NCBI GenBank assembly: GCA_002189035.1
Contig: CM007990.1
Span: forward strand, 4,960,001-5,024,000
Origin: Utricularia gibba
Taxonomy: Eukaryota; Plantae; Magnoliophyta
Direction of reading: 5' to 3'
Length of the DNA: 64,000 bases
In this document: one piece after another, positions 49,544 to 61,414 of the stretch
Layout: every line of letters starts with the position of its first letter
Numbering within the stretch: the stretch's first letter is position 1
Notes under the pieces: generated by a model
Seen by the model: the letters and a program-made list of their open reading frames with translations, nothing else
The model's database searches: none
Told to the model about the DNA's origin: nothing
Translations under genes and position numbers: made by a program

Positions 49544-52500
49544 GAAACAAGGGTTTTCCACGTAAGCAGACTACACAAAGAAGACGATGCGACGGGGGGA
49601 GTCGTCGGTGAGTGGGTATATAAAGCAAGCAAGGATCATGTTCGTAATAGGGTAAGTACAGGGGGGAGTAAGTGGCATTCTAAGATACTATAAATTCCTG
49701 TACCTAAGAAATTTATGAGGCTTGCCTTAGGACAAGCCGCATTCTTACAAACACCAAAATTGACGAAACGGGCATCATCTTAATAGCTATGGAGACCGAG
49801 ATCGATGCACTCATCAATATTCGAAATTGGGAAGAAATTCACGATTTTGGAATTAATCCCAAGTTTCAAAAGAAACCCAATATCCCAATTTGAAAACAAT
49901 GTTACCCATGAAATCCAAATTCACCATACAATTAAATTATTCGAGCAAAGAAAATGGAGTAAAAATATAAAAAAAATTGTCTTCGTGGGAGGAAAATAAT
50001 AAATGACAAAGGCACAATCCTGTCGCCCGCATTTAACCTAGTTGTCAGAACACAGAAGGATTCGCCTTGCCTGCCCTAAGGAATTCATAAAGTCTTAATT
50101 ATAATTGTAAAATCCTATGCAATAATAAAAATTCGGTTAGAAATTAAATAAAGAGCAGTAATATAAATATTAATTTATATACTATTTGCATACTGTGAAT
50201 AAAGAAAAGCAACATATTATTATACCATCAATAATAAATAAATAAAGTACTATTATTCATTTTAAATTATTATTATCATCAATATATATTACATTTAAAA
50301 ATAAAACGAACTTGTATTTTTTCTAGTTGAGTCAGAGGGTTAGAAATTTTCCAACTGTAAAATAGAGGTTGCACAATGTTGTAATACTTTTTATTTTTTA
50401 TATTTCCCGTATTGGAAAATTATTCTTGAAAAAAAAACATTTCATAAATGATTCTAATAAAATAAAAGTTAGTTTTCTGCAATTTCTTAAATGTATCTAA
50501 ATTTATATTCCTCTTATCACATAAAGTCGCTAGTTACATTGATCATATGTTGATCATTGAGGGTCATTCACCATTGCTAGGAACAAAAGTATTTTCATCT
50601 TACGGTTAATCATTTAAATATGAATTAAATTAAAAAATAGTTTCAATTAATTACTTATTATCTGTAATTTATTATATATTTAACAATTTTATTTTAATTT
50701 CTAAATATTTAAAAAGTATTTGATTTGATTAAAAAGTTTGTTTTCTTATAATTGTAGATGGTATTTGATCTAATAAATCAATATAGTACTTGATCCAAAT
50801 TCGATATATTATTAGTGATTTATATTTTTTATATATTTGATCATTTTATTTTAATTTTTTAATATAGAATTATTTGTTCTAATAATACATACGGTATTTT
50901 GATATTAGGGTTAGTCATTCGCAGATCATACACATGTTTTGATCTTCACTCTATGATGTCTAGAACTCATGGTTTGCGGGCACCCGTTCGACGACCGACA
51001 GAATGAACATCGGAGACAATGAGCATAAAACGTACCATTTTTCTCCGATCGACCGTCTCCCCATCGATTCCATTTTTCAAATTCGAAATGCGTAGACGCA
51101 GAAGTGGTCCTCGCCCCGCAAGATTCTAAGGCTTCCATAAGTAGTACGCGTCGTATCCTTGTTCTTGCCAATTTTGATTCCTGAGGAAAGTTACCAGTCC
51201 TTTATGGTTTTACCCACACAAACATATACTCATTTACATTTTCCCATGTAACTCTGCGTCTCCTAGCGACGTCTCCTGCAGATTAAACAATGGCAACAGG
51301 AATTGCTACACTCCGCCCCTGTCCCCGTCTCCTCCCATTTCTTTTTTTCTGTACACCCTCGGTGAAAAAACTCAGTCATAAGGAATGAGCATTCGTGCGT
51401 GCTGTCGTATTTAGGTTAGGGTTAGATTATTACCACAGGCTCGTGGCATCCACATCATCATATGGATTAAACATCTTTTTTTTTTCAAGTGGGATATAAA
51501 TAATGATCGATGATTCTGTGCATGGGATTATCCCATCTCCCCACCAAATCTTTTCTCCTACCCTGTTGAGGACGACTTTGAACTCACCACACATGCATAA
51601 GGGGATGATAATCTATGCTACGTATAAGCAATAACCACCCCTTTAAAATATTGAAATTGACGATGTAATGAATCGAATGAGCATATGTGATAAATATGAA
51701 TTATATTAGAAAAGATTAAATTCAATTAATTACTAATGAACAATGAATACGAATCCATGGGATCCCATTTACATACCGAATCATGATGCTCAAATGTTTT
51801 GTGATACAAAAACCCTAATCCAATACATATACTTTTTTACTTGCACCACTGTTTGACCAAACGAAGAATACATATTGAACCGCAACTTGAAGTTATTTTA
51901 GGGAGAATGAATGAATGATGGTAGCCATTTTTATTAGGATAATATTTATTATTATTAAAATTAATATTTTAGTTTTTTTATTTTTCTGGAAATCTGACAA
52001 TGAGGGTATTTACTCGGGTCAGAGGGGAATTGGGCCAACACTCGTCGACGCTATAAATACGACCAACCACTCACTGTTGATCAAAAAAAGGGCAATAAAA
52101 TTTGAATCTCCAAAAAACACACTTAAATGGCCATGAATTCGGGTCCCCTTGTGTTGCTGTCTCAAACAGACATTTGTTTTTTTCTAAGTCACTAATGACG
52201 CCACCTCTCTCTCTCCCATTCAATGACGCCACTGCGCCGTGTTCCCAACTTGGGGCTGCTGCATCACTGAATGGGCTACCAGTAGCCTAACTCAACTCAT
52301 CTTTTTGTTGCTCTGAGATGACAACATCCATCCCTTCCGCAGCACCCCCCTTGGTACCAGCCACCGCGTAGGCGAGACGAGCAGGGGGGCCGAACTCCTC
52401 CCCATCTTTTTTGTTGTCGACATTGCAGCTGCAGAGCGCATTTCCTCCCCCCGCTGCCGCCCTACCACCCAGATATCCGACCCGCCGCCCGTCGGGGCGA

Positions 52501-55500
52501 CCCAGTTCAAGAACCATCCCGGATTCCGACGAAAATGGGGGTAATCAGCAAAAGCAGCGGAGGGTTACGAGGGTTTCAGTGCACGGAACATTCTCGGGTA
52601 GAGCGCGCAGGTCATTAATGTAAATCATTTAATAATGGCGTGGGTAATCACTCTAAGTAAATGAGTGGCGCCATTGAAGCGAAGCGACTGCAGTTGAAGA
52701 AGTTATAGCGAATTTACCCCCAGGCGCAACATTATTAATGGAAATTGCAAAAGTGGCACCATTAAATTAACATTTTCCAACTTTCACCCACATTGTATTG
52801 AATCAAAATAAATGTTTCTTTTTTTTATTTTACCTTTTTATAATAATTATTTTGTCAGACCATGCCATACCAAAATAAAATACTAGCACGTACGCAATTT
52901 AGTAATATATTTACTATTTTTAAAAAATATTTTTTATAACTATTGATTATATTATCTTTTTAAAAATAATATTGGGATATTCTTTTTTAATGAATTTTGA
53001 TATTCGGGTTCCAGGTATGATGGTGCATTCTCAATGAAGGTGTCAGCCCATTCCTACATTAAAAATGATTTATTTTATTAAATAAAACTATATAAAAACT
53101 TGGAAGGTAGATTCGAATTTGAATACCATAAACAAATAAAAGCTTCAAAAGAATACCCATTGGCCTTTTTTTAGATTGTGACAAGAATTATTTACGACAT
53201 AATTTACAAACAAGAAATGCGGCGTCTTGTCATCACCCACGCACACTATATAATGTGTATAGCACACGTGACGACACTAGATATCCCAATGTCGAAAAAA
53301 ACATCATTTTCGTAGGCATTAGAGGGGGTTTGTGGGTTGTAAGGAGGAAAACAAAAATGGGTTCCTAATCGGACAGTTAATCTGAAATGGAAAGTTATTA
53401 TTTTTGTCATTTGACTTAGAGAGACAAGTGCGATGAAGTGTCTTTTCATAGTTTGGAAAGCTGCGAAACAAAATAAATGTTGGAAGAATTAATTGTGAAA
53501 AGCGAGGGGACGACTGCGGAAGTGAGAAGGACTAAACTCTTAGCTTTGTCTTGCTCGTAAGGATCGCCACTGTCCTTCCCTTGTCTGCCCCCACCGGATT
53601 TATCGCCGGCGATGAACACCACCGCTACTGCCGCTGACTCACCCCCGGCCCTTGCACCCCCTCCCCCCTTTCAATACTCTGTCGCCCCCCCAGCTTTGTT
53701 GCTCCTCCCATTTCTTCGCTTCCTGCTATTATTTCTTACATTTGTCGACTTCTTAAATACCCTTTGGTCCCTCTCTTACATTCATTTCCGGATTCAAATC
53801 ACCCAGCCACAAAAATCAAATCTAAATGCTACAATTACATTGCCTCTCCACAACTTCATAATGCACAACCAAACTTGATAATTTCAAAATGCAAAAAATA
53901 CGAGAAATCAATTTGTCATTCTTTGATTGAATACAAATAAGTAGAGCATTTTTCGAATCATTTGAAATTATTATGTTGCATTTCTGTCAATATGAGATAT
54001 ATATACGATATAACGTATCAATATATTTGAACAAAAAAAATACTAAATAGTTAAACAATTTCAATTGATACGAATGGATAATTTATCTATTCAATTCTAT
54101 GAATAATTAAGTATTTTTAATTATTATATAATTCAAAAAAATTACATTGTTTGTATTTCACCTTAGGGCACATGTGTTAGGAAAGGGTGCTCCAAAGTAT
54201 GTGTGGCATTTACTGGCAGGGGTTAGAAATGTAATAATTGCAAAATTATTGGGAGTGAATGCAAACTTTACATAATAGAGCTATTAAACCTGAGGTCACC
54301 CTACCCCTATAAATATATAATTAAATAAATGCACACCATCATTACACAATTATATTATATTGCTAAAATTGTACTTCATATCCCTTTTTAGCCACTAAGC
54401 AACAACGGTCCCTTTCTATTATTGTCTTTGTCTTAAAAAAAAAAAAAGAAACCCCCATTATCACACAATTATTCCATGGGAATTCTTTTTTTGAAAGGCC
54501 TGCAAATTTATTTGGGCCATTTGGGTCGTTCATATCCGTCAGGCCCATAACCACATAACAGTTTAGTGTATTTACCACTTTACCCCGTAAAGCAAAAGAG
54601 TGTTTTACAAATTACACCTCGCTACGCTAGGATTTTTTAAAATTAATTAATTTCAGAAATAATCGATTTATTAAAATCAATAATGTTCTAAAATAAAAAA
54701 TAATAAACGTTTACTTTTTTTTATTTAATTTAGTTAAGTGTATTTTAAACAGAGAGTTTGTCACGTCAACGGGTACCTGAGAAGCAGGGAGGGATTTTAA
54801 TTTATTAATTAATTTAGTTTAGAAGAAGAATATTCTACAGTAGGTCTGGACCACCCCACTTAGTTTAGGGTCAGACCACAATCAAAGCACGCCATCCTGT
54901 CGAACTTATCCAAAAAGGTGCACACCATATCCCTTAATCAGCCTTCTAATCATCATTAAACCCTTAATTGAATCAACTAATCATGATTAATGTAAAAATA
55001 AGAATGAATATTGTGTCCAGAATATATAGAGTAAATGAATAATGTACGGAAAATTATGAAGCATTGGACTATTTTAACCAATGTTTTCATGATTTGTTTG
55101 AAATCGACTATCAAAAAACAAGGAGTTTGAATTGTAACTTGGTTTAGATTTGAATTTAATTCTGGTTCTAACCGATCACATCTAGACTTTAATCAATATG
55201 TGGTCATTTACGAGATCAATTTAAAATTTAATAATGTATCAAACATTGTGTGAAAAAAATATTATTATTATATTTAACTAAGTGTATGAGAAAGAATATG
55301 ACATTGACTATTTTTCTAAATGACTCGACATTTGCATCGTGCATAGAGTATAGTATAATTAAGAGTGAATATTGTAATTCGATCAATATATATAGATTTT
55401 GATGATTTTCGTATTCACAATCGATCACAGACGTGATTTTTTGCTTTACTAGTATATCATGATTAATGTTGTTATTTAAAAAGTAATGCAGTTAAATGCT

Positions 55501-56835
55501 GTCAATTGTAAAAGCTTTTAATTTAATAGTTCAATATGGATATAACGTCATATAGGTTAAAAAAAATAGCTATTATATTTTGATATATATTATATGGTCG
55601 AGAATTCAATATCTAAGTCCCCTAATCAATATCTTAATGATTAGGGGAGTTTAATCAACGTCGCTTTCAACAGCTTTTTCGTTAATCACATGTGGGGCGC
55701 ACGTGTCTCCTTGGGTCCTAAATTTAACCACGTGGCTTATTTCAGGGCCACGCCTTTTCCCCAAATAGAGCACGTTTTGGGTATTGATTATTTTATTGTC
55801 CGGATGCTCTTATCAGATTCCATATACAAACTCCACCAGCTAGTCGGACGGTTCCAACACATTAAAACAAAATAATTAATATTATATTGATATTGTCTTT
55901 ATGGAAAAAATAATAATTTTTTTTCAAAAAATTAAGTAAAAAATGAACAAAAAACAATTTTCTTTTACAAAAATTAAGTTAATAATGAAGACGGCTATTG
56001 ACATCTGGTGGAATTTTTTTTTTAAAAGAAAAATCTGGGTGAATATTCTATTAATGGCATGTACGTAGATAATACTATTTTAAGAGCAGCAGGACCACTG
56101 GAAAGTATTTTTACACTCATCTGATATCTCACACGCCATTGACCCATTTGCTTTCCAGCCTGACTCGTAGAAATCGGGTTACTTCTATCCATTGTTTTCC
56201 TCTTTGTATCTATGTAGGTGGACGTGTTTTAACAACGGATTCGATTATTCAAATTAACGACTCATATTCGTTTTGTATGATATTGTATGTTTTAAACACC
56301 TAAAATTTACAATTTTACGTTATTTCTTTTCGATGAAAAACGTTTGTTGGGTATATAATATTAAGGGGTTCTTGTATTCAACTATTTACTTTCATGTGTT
56401 CGTGATCGCTGTGAGATTCAAACATACAATGGATGAGAATGAAATAGTACACGTAGTTACATACTTTTCATGTAGAATGAGAGTTCACAAATGGTTTCAT
56501 GAAGAAAACAAGAAAAGAAAATTGCAAGAGTCAGAGACTGATGGGAAGTTCGGGTTTTGTTTATTGATTTTGGGATTGGAATATGTCAACAACCACGAGG
56601 GGGGAGCTATGTGCGCGGGCAGCTTCTTACAGGAACGAGGAGATAGTTTGTGATTTGTCCACATGGAAGTCAATGAAACCCGCACACCAGTTGAATTGGA
56701 TCGCATGATGCAACCCTTCCCACGAAAGGACAAGCGCCACGCAGGTGCTTATAAAAATGGACAAAAACACTCATCTTTCATCAATCACAGAAAGGAATCC
56801 TCCCACCAACAAGGAATCTCTTCCTCCTCTTCTTC

Positions 56836-57750
56836 ATGGAGAAACATACAAACCCTTCAACTCTCCCGCCTGGATTTCGGTTCCATCCCACAGATGAAGA
56901 GCTCATCATTCACTATCTTCGAAACCAGGCGGTTTCTAAGCCTTGTCCCGCTTCGGTCATACCAGAAGTTGATATCTACAAGTTCGATCCATGGGATTTG
57001 CCTGGTTGGTGCCCTTTTCTAACGCTAAGCTCTTCTTTCATGTTGATATTGATGGTGGCTTCGTGTGTTGTTTTTTGGATGATAGGAAAGTCCGAATTTG
57101 GGGAGAGTGAATGGTACTTCTTCACCCCTCGTGATCGGAAGTATCCCAACGGTGTTCGTCCCAACCGATCTGCGGTTTCGGGTTACTGGAAGGCGACCGG
57201 AACGGACAAAAGCATATACAGTGGCTCTAAGTGTGTTGGGATAAAGAAAGCCCTGGTTTTTTACAAGGGGAAGCCGCCCAAGGGGATCAAGACGGACTGG
57301 ATCATGCATGAGTATCGCCTCAGCGATGCCAGACCCCGACCTTCCATGCAGAACGGATCCATGAGGGTATGCTCTGAGACGCTTCTCTTCGCCGGCAGTT
57401 TCTGTTCATATTTTTTGTTATTCACGGTTCATCTCTTTGCCGATGATCATCAGCTGGATGATTGGGTGCTATGCAGAATTAAGAAGAAGAACGTGGCTAG
57501 AGAGCTGGAACACGAGAGTCCTCACGACCCAATCCCCCAATTGGCGCTGGATGATTCCTCGAAATTTCCAAGAAACTTTTCCTTAACGAATCTGTGGGAA
57601 TTTGGGTACATGGGATCCCTACCCCATCTTCTGAATGAGCCATATCTTCACCAAGAGACGTCGGCGAGCTACCGGAGTTTCTCCCCGGTCGATCAGAAGT
57701 TTCTTGCGCAGCCGCCAATTGAAGATGCGTTCATGCACAGCTTCAGGTGA
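56836..57750 (+). CDS. NAP: NAC transcription factor, NAP/ANAC029-like
   Basis: Exons 56836-57004, 57086-57366 and 57454-57750: [80 protein letters not shown] and SMR|[15 protein letters not shown] at 56750-56755. Confidence 0.92.
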   Translation: MEKHTNPSTLPPGFRFHPTDEELIIHYLRNQAVSKPCPASVIPEVDIYKFDPWDLPGWCPFLTLSSSFMLILMVASCVVFWMIGKSEFGESEWYFFTPRDRKYPNGVRPNRSAVSGYWKATGTDKSIYSGSKCVGIKKALVFYKGKPPKGIKTDWIMHEYRLSDARPRPSMQNGSMRVCSETLLFAGSFCSYFLLFTVHLFADDHQLDDWVLCRIKKKNVARELEHESPHDPIPQLALDDSSKFPRNFSLTNLWEFGYMGSLPHLLNEPYLHQETSASYRSFSPVDQKFLAQPPIEDAFMHSFR

Positions 57751-57952
57751 AGTCGGCGTAGGATTGGCGGTTCACCAAACGTCTCACAAACCTTATCCGA
57801 AGCATCATTCGCTTGTTGCATTCAACTGTGTAGCCTCTAGCATCCAACGTTGTTGTCATTATGTAGAATTGTCGTACTTGTATAGGAAATGACATGTTTG
57901 CCCTTTTGTCCATTCACACCCTCAGCTGTCGTCAAAACGGGCTAGAAGCTTC

Positions 57953-58231
57953 TGGGCTGCCGACAATGCAATTCTTTTAGTGGGGCGGCCTAATACGTTT
58001 GGGCTTCTAAGTAACAGTAACTAGGCCCAAGAGAGCAATCACCTGTTGGCAGTGATCCATCTTCTTCTTCTTCTTCTTCTTCCCTGAAACATGATATACA
58101 CTGAAGCTAAATCGTGAACGTTTCTGGATTTCCGGTATCAAAGTTTAACGAATTTCGTTTCTAAGAGCGGAAGCGCCAACCCAGTGTGAACGTGGGAAGG
58201 TGCGGTCAAATTCTCCGGCTAGGGTTTAGGG
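57953..58231. promoter_or_regulatory. Site II elements, (CTT)7 pyrimidine patch and telo-box
   Basis: TGGGCT 57953 and 58000, GGCCCA 58024, (CTT)7 58061-58081, TAGGGTTTAGGG 58220-58231. Site II plus telo-box is a known plant promoter module, but no downstream gene is recognised. Confidence 0.45.
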
Positions 58232-58994
58232 TGGGAGTGAGCAGAACAAGTAGCGTCTTCTTCGGGATTCGGGATTCGGTATTGGTTTCTTGTGTGGCTC
58301 CTCTTCAGAGAAATGAATGCTCATGCTGCAAGGGGCTCGGCTGCGCCAGCACCCACAACCTTCGACTTTGCCGGGGGTTGGTGCCACCTTATATCTCTAG
58401 CATTACTGCGGATCCCTGATTTCTGTCACGTAGAGCTGTCGGTAAACAAAGGCCTTGCTTGTTGTTGTTGTCTCTGGTTGTGATGAAATTCCCCTCCTCC
58501 GTATCCATGGAGTCTTCTGGGCAGCCGATATCCGAGACTGCACGACAAGATTGCGCGCAGCGAGACAAGAATAAATGTACCGTGGGCGGAGACGAGCAGC
58601 AGCTGTCAAGCCATGTGCATTCCCCATTTTTGCGTTCTTCGTCTCCTCAGGTGCAGTTGCTTTCAAATTTATGCTGCTGCCGCAGTGCCCAACCAACCTC
58701 CCCAAGCATTTCAATTTTCTACCCAACGTAGATTGATTAATCATGCTCCTAATGAACTCAACTCACATGTATTCATTCCAACACTGAAGCACGACGCGAA
58801 GTTCAAAACCAGACAGCACACACTCGATGCTAACCGTACAGTAGGGGAAATGAGCTAAATACCTGAATTTTTTTATTTTATTTGCCATTTACCCTAGTTA
58901 TAGCAAAGATTTGTAAATTACCAAAAAAATAAGTTGTCCTTTGCGTTTTACCCTAATTTATGCTTTTTTTTCGTTTTTGGATGTTTTTTTGGAT

Positions 58995-59430
58995 TTATAA
59001 TTTAGGGGTTCAATTTTAAAGTTTAATATTTAGTATTTATAACTTAGGAATATTATATATATATTAAGTTTTCATAATTATCAGTAATTTTTATGATTAC
59101 TGATTTAGAGTTTAGGGTTTAAGATTTCACAATTTTTTAAGATTACTGATTTAGGGTTTAAGAGTTTAATTGAGATTTAATTTTTTTGGTTTCAGATTTA
59201 AATTTTAGAGTTGAAGGTTTAAATTTTAGAACTTGATATTTAGTTTTGTGATTTAAGATTTAAGGGTTTAAGATTTCAAATTTAAGTTTTAGATTTTAAG
59301 TTTAAATTTTTTGGTTTAGATTATGAAATTTTTAAATTTCAGATTTAGTATTATGAGTTGAATAAAGATTAAGTTTTGTGTATTTATATTTTTTATGATT
59401 TAATTTATAAATTAAATCTTAATTTAAGAT
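58995..59430 (+). repeat. Degenerate telomere-like (TTTAGGG-derived) low-complexity tract
   Basis: Exact TTTAGGG at 59001, 59111 and 59150, among many variants (TTTAAGA, TTTAGAG, TTTAAGG, TTTCAGA). Very few C on the plus strand. GATTACTGATTTAG is duplicated at 59095 and 59141. Confidence 0.75.
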
Positions 59431-59874
59431 ATTTTACAAATGGTTGACGAACATAATTAATTTTCAAAGAAAGCCGTGTACAGTAATGGAGTCCTCTATC
59501 ATTCGTGCAGGCTAGTGAAGAAGCAAATGCCCACTTGCTGCTTCCTTTCTTCTCTCGCCGCTCCCAAAATAAAATAATCTGCTGTTCAATCCACGCCCCC
59601 GCAGAACAACTGAATTATTCGCAGTGCTCGTGCTCTGCATTCAATGAAGACTGCTGCTGCACCTTTCAGTTTTGCCCCCTAAAAACTGCCTATTTTCAAC
59701 TTCCGCCTCATCCACCGACTCCATTCCATTGCTCTTCCACATTTTACACCCAACGGTTGTCCAAGCAAAAAATGATATTTCCTTTTCTTTAATATTATTT
59801 CACCACTTTCATATATGCATTAACCCTAACCTGAAAATTCTGATATTACGGTATAAATATGTTTAAGTATTGAT

Positions 59875-59900
59875 TATATATATATATATATATATATATA
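59875..59900. repeat. (TA)13 microsatellite
   Basis: Perfect TA dinucleotide run read directly from the sequence. Confidence 0.95.
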
Positions 59901-60489
59901 ATTGTATATAACATTTGATATATAATAATAGAAATTTGAATATATGATTAATATAGATATAATTAGGGTACTCATCTATTTATATAACGCATATGCTCAA
60001 AAAATGAGTATGTTATTGATATAATTATACATATATTTAAATTTGTTATAAATATTATATACATAACTATTCAACTCACTATTTTGATATATAAAATAAT
60101 TTTATATAAAAAATTTAGTGATGAAAAAATTCAGGCACAAGGAGTTAATGGTTTCAGACCAAACTGAAACCCGAGATAATTGGTTCCATGAACGGGGGAA
60201 TCAAGGGGCTGAGGTATGGCGAAGTTACCGAGAGAGCAACCTCCCTCCCTCCCTCACTCCCCATTTAAGTTTTCCCTGGGAACAATGAGGACTCGAAACT
60301 TTGTTTTGGAGCCTGCATCTCAGTCCACCCGCCCCCATGTTTTTCCCTATAAACTTGTCAGTCTGCAGGTTGCGGTGATTTTAGTTTTCTCTTCCCACAT
60401 GCAACTTACTTTAACTGCGCCTCTGTTTTTTTCTCTTGTTTTTAAGTGCCCGGCGCTGCCTCCCACATCTTCTTCTTCTCAGTAAAACA

Positions 60490-61414
60490 ATGGCCGTCTC
60501 CGGGTTTCTGTTTCTCGCCATTTTTCTGGTGTTTCTTCTCTCAACTGGTTATGGTGACGGTGAGAATTGGGTCCGGGCACACGCTACATTCTACGGTGGG
60601 AGCGACGCTTCTGGAACGATGGGTATGTTCTGACTTCTCATTTCGTTGAATAAGATTGTAAAAGGTTCATCTTTTGCATGCCCATGTGATTGTTTGAACC
60701 AGGGGGAGCTTGTGGGTATGGGAATCTGTACGCCCAAGGGTATGGTACAAACACGGCGGCATTAAGTACAGCTCTGTTCAACAGCGGTTTGAGTTGCGGC
60801 TCCTGCTACGAAATCAGATGCACCGCTTCCGGAGAATGGTGCTTGTCCGGCTCGATCGTGGTTACTGCGACCAATCTATGCCCACCAAACTACGCTTTGC
60901 CCAACAGCAACGGCGGCTGGTGCAATCCCCCATTGGAGCACTTTGATCTTTCGGAGCCGGTCTTTCAACAGATAGCGCACTACAGAGCTGGGATCGTCCC
61001 CGTCGCTTACCGAAGGTTTGATTTTGATCCATTTTCTCAGAATCCCACGTAGGCTTTTTTTTTCTTTGATTCTTGGAGGTTGTTCATGAAACTGGGTACG
61101 AATGCAGGGTCCCCTGCCGGAGAAAGGGTGGGATCAGGTTTACGATCAACGGACACTCTTATTTCAACCTTGTCCTCGTTACGAACGTCGGCGGCGCCGG
61201 CGACGTCCACGCAGTTGCGGTGAAGGGCTCGAGGACGGAATGGGAGCCAATGGCGAGGAACTGGGGTCAAAACTGGCAAAGCAGCCGGAATCTTGACGGG
61301 CAGAGGTTGTCTTTCAAGGTAACCACTAGTGACGGGAGGACCGTGGTGGCGTACGACGTCGCTCCCGCTGGTTGGTCCTTTGGGCAGACATTTTCAAGTC
61401 CCGCCCAGTTCTAG
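60490..61414 (+). CDS. EXPA: Alpha-expansin (EXPA1-like clade)
   Basis: Exons 60490-60622, 60703-61015 and 61108-61414: signal peptide, [16 protein letters not shown]|[28 protein letters not shown] motif, [26 protein letters not shown] and [15 protein letters not shown] at 60348-60353. Confidence 0.97.

Noticed and set aside
58140-58420. Telomerase RNA candidate (CCCTAAACCCTA on the minus strand, TATA plus G-rich start)
   Set aside because: No USE (TCCCACATCG) at the expected spacing upstream of the TATA, and the template-like motif is about 130-140 nt from the putative start, further than I recall for angiosperm TRs. A telo-box is the simpler reading. A covariance-model search would settle it.
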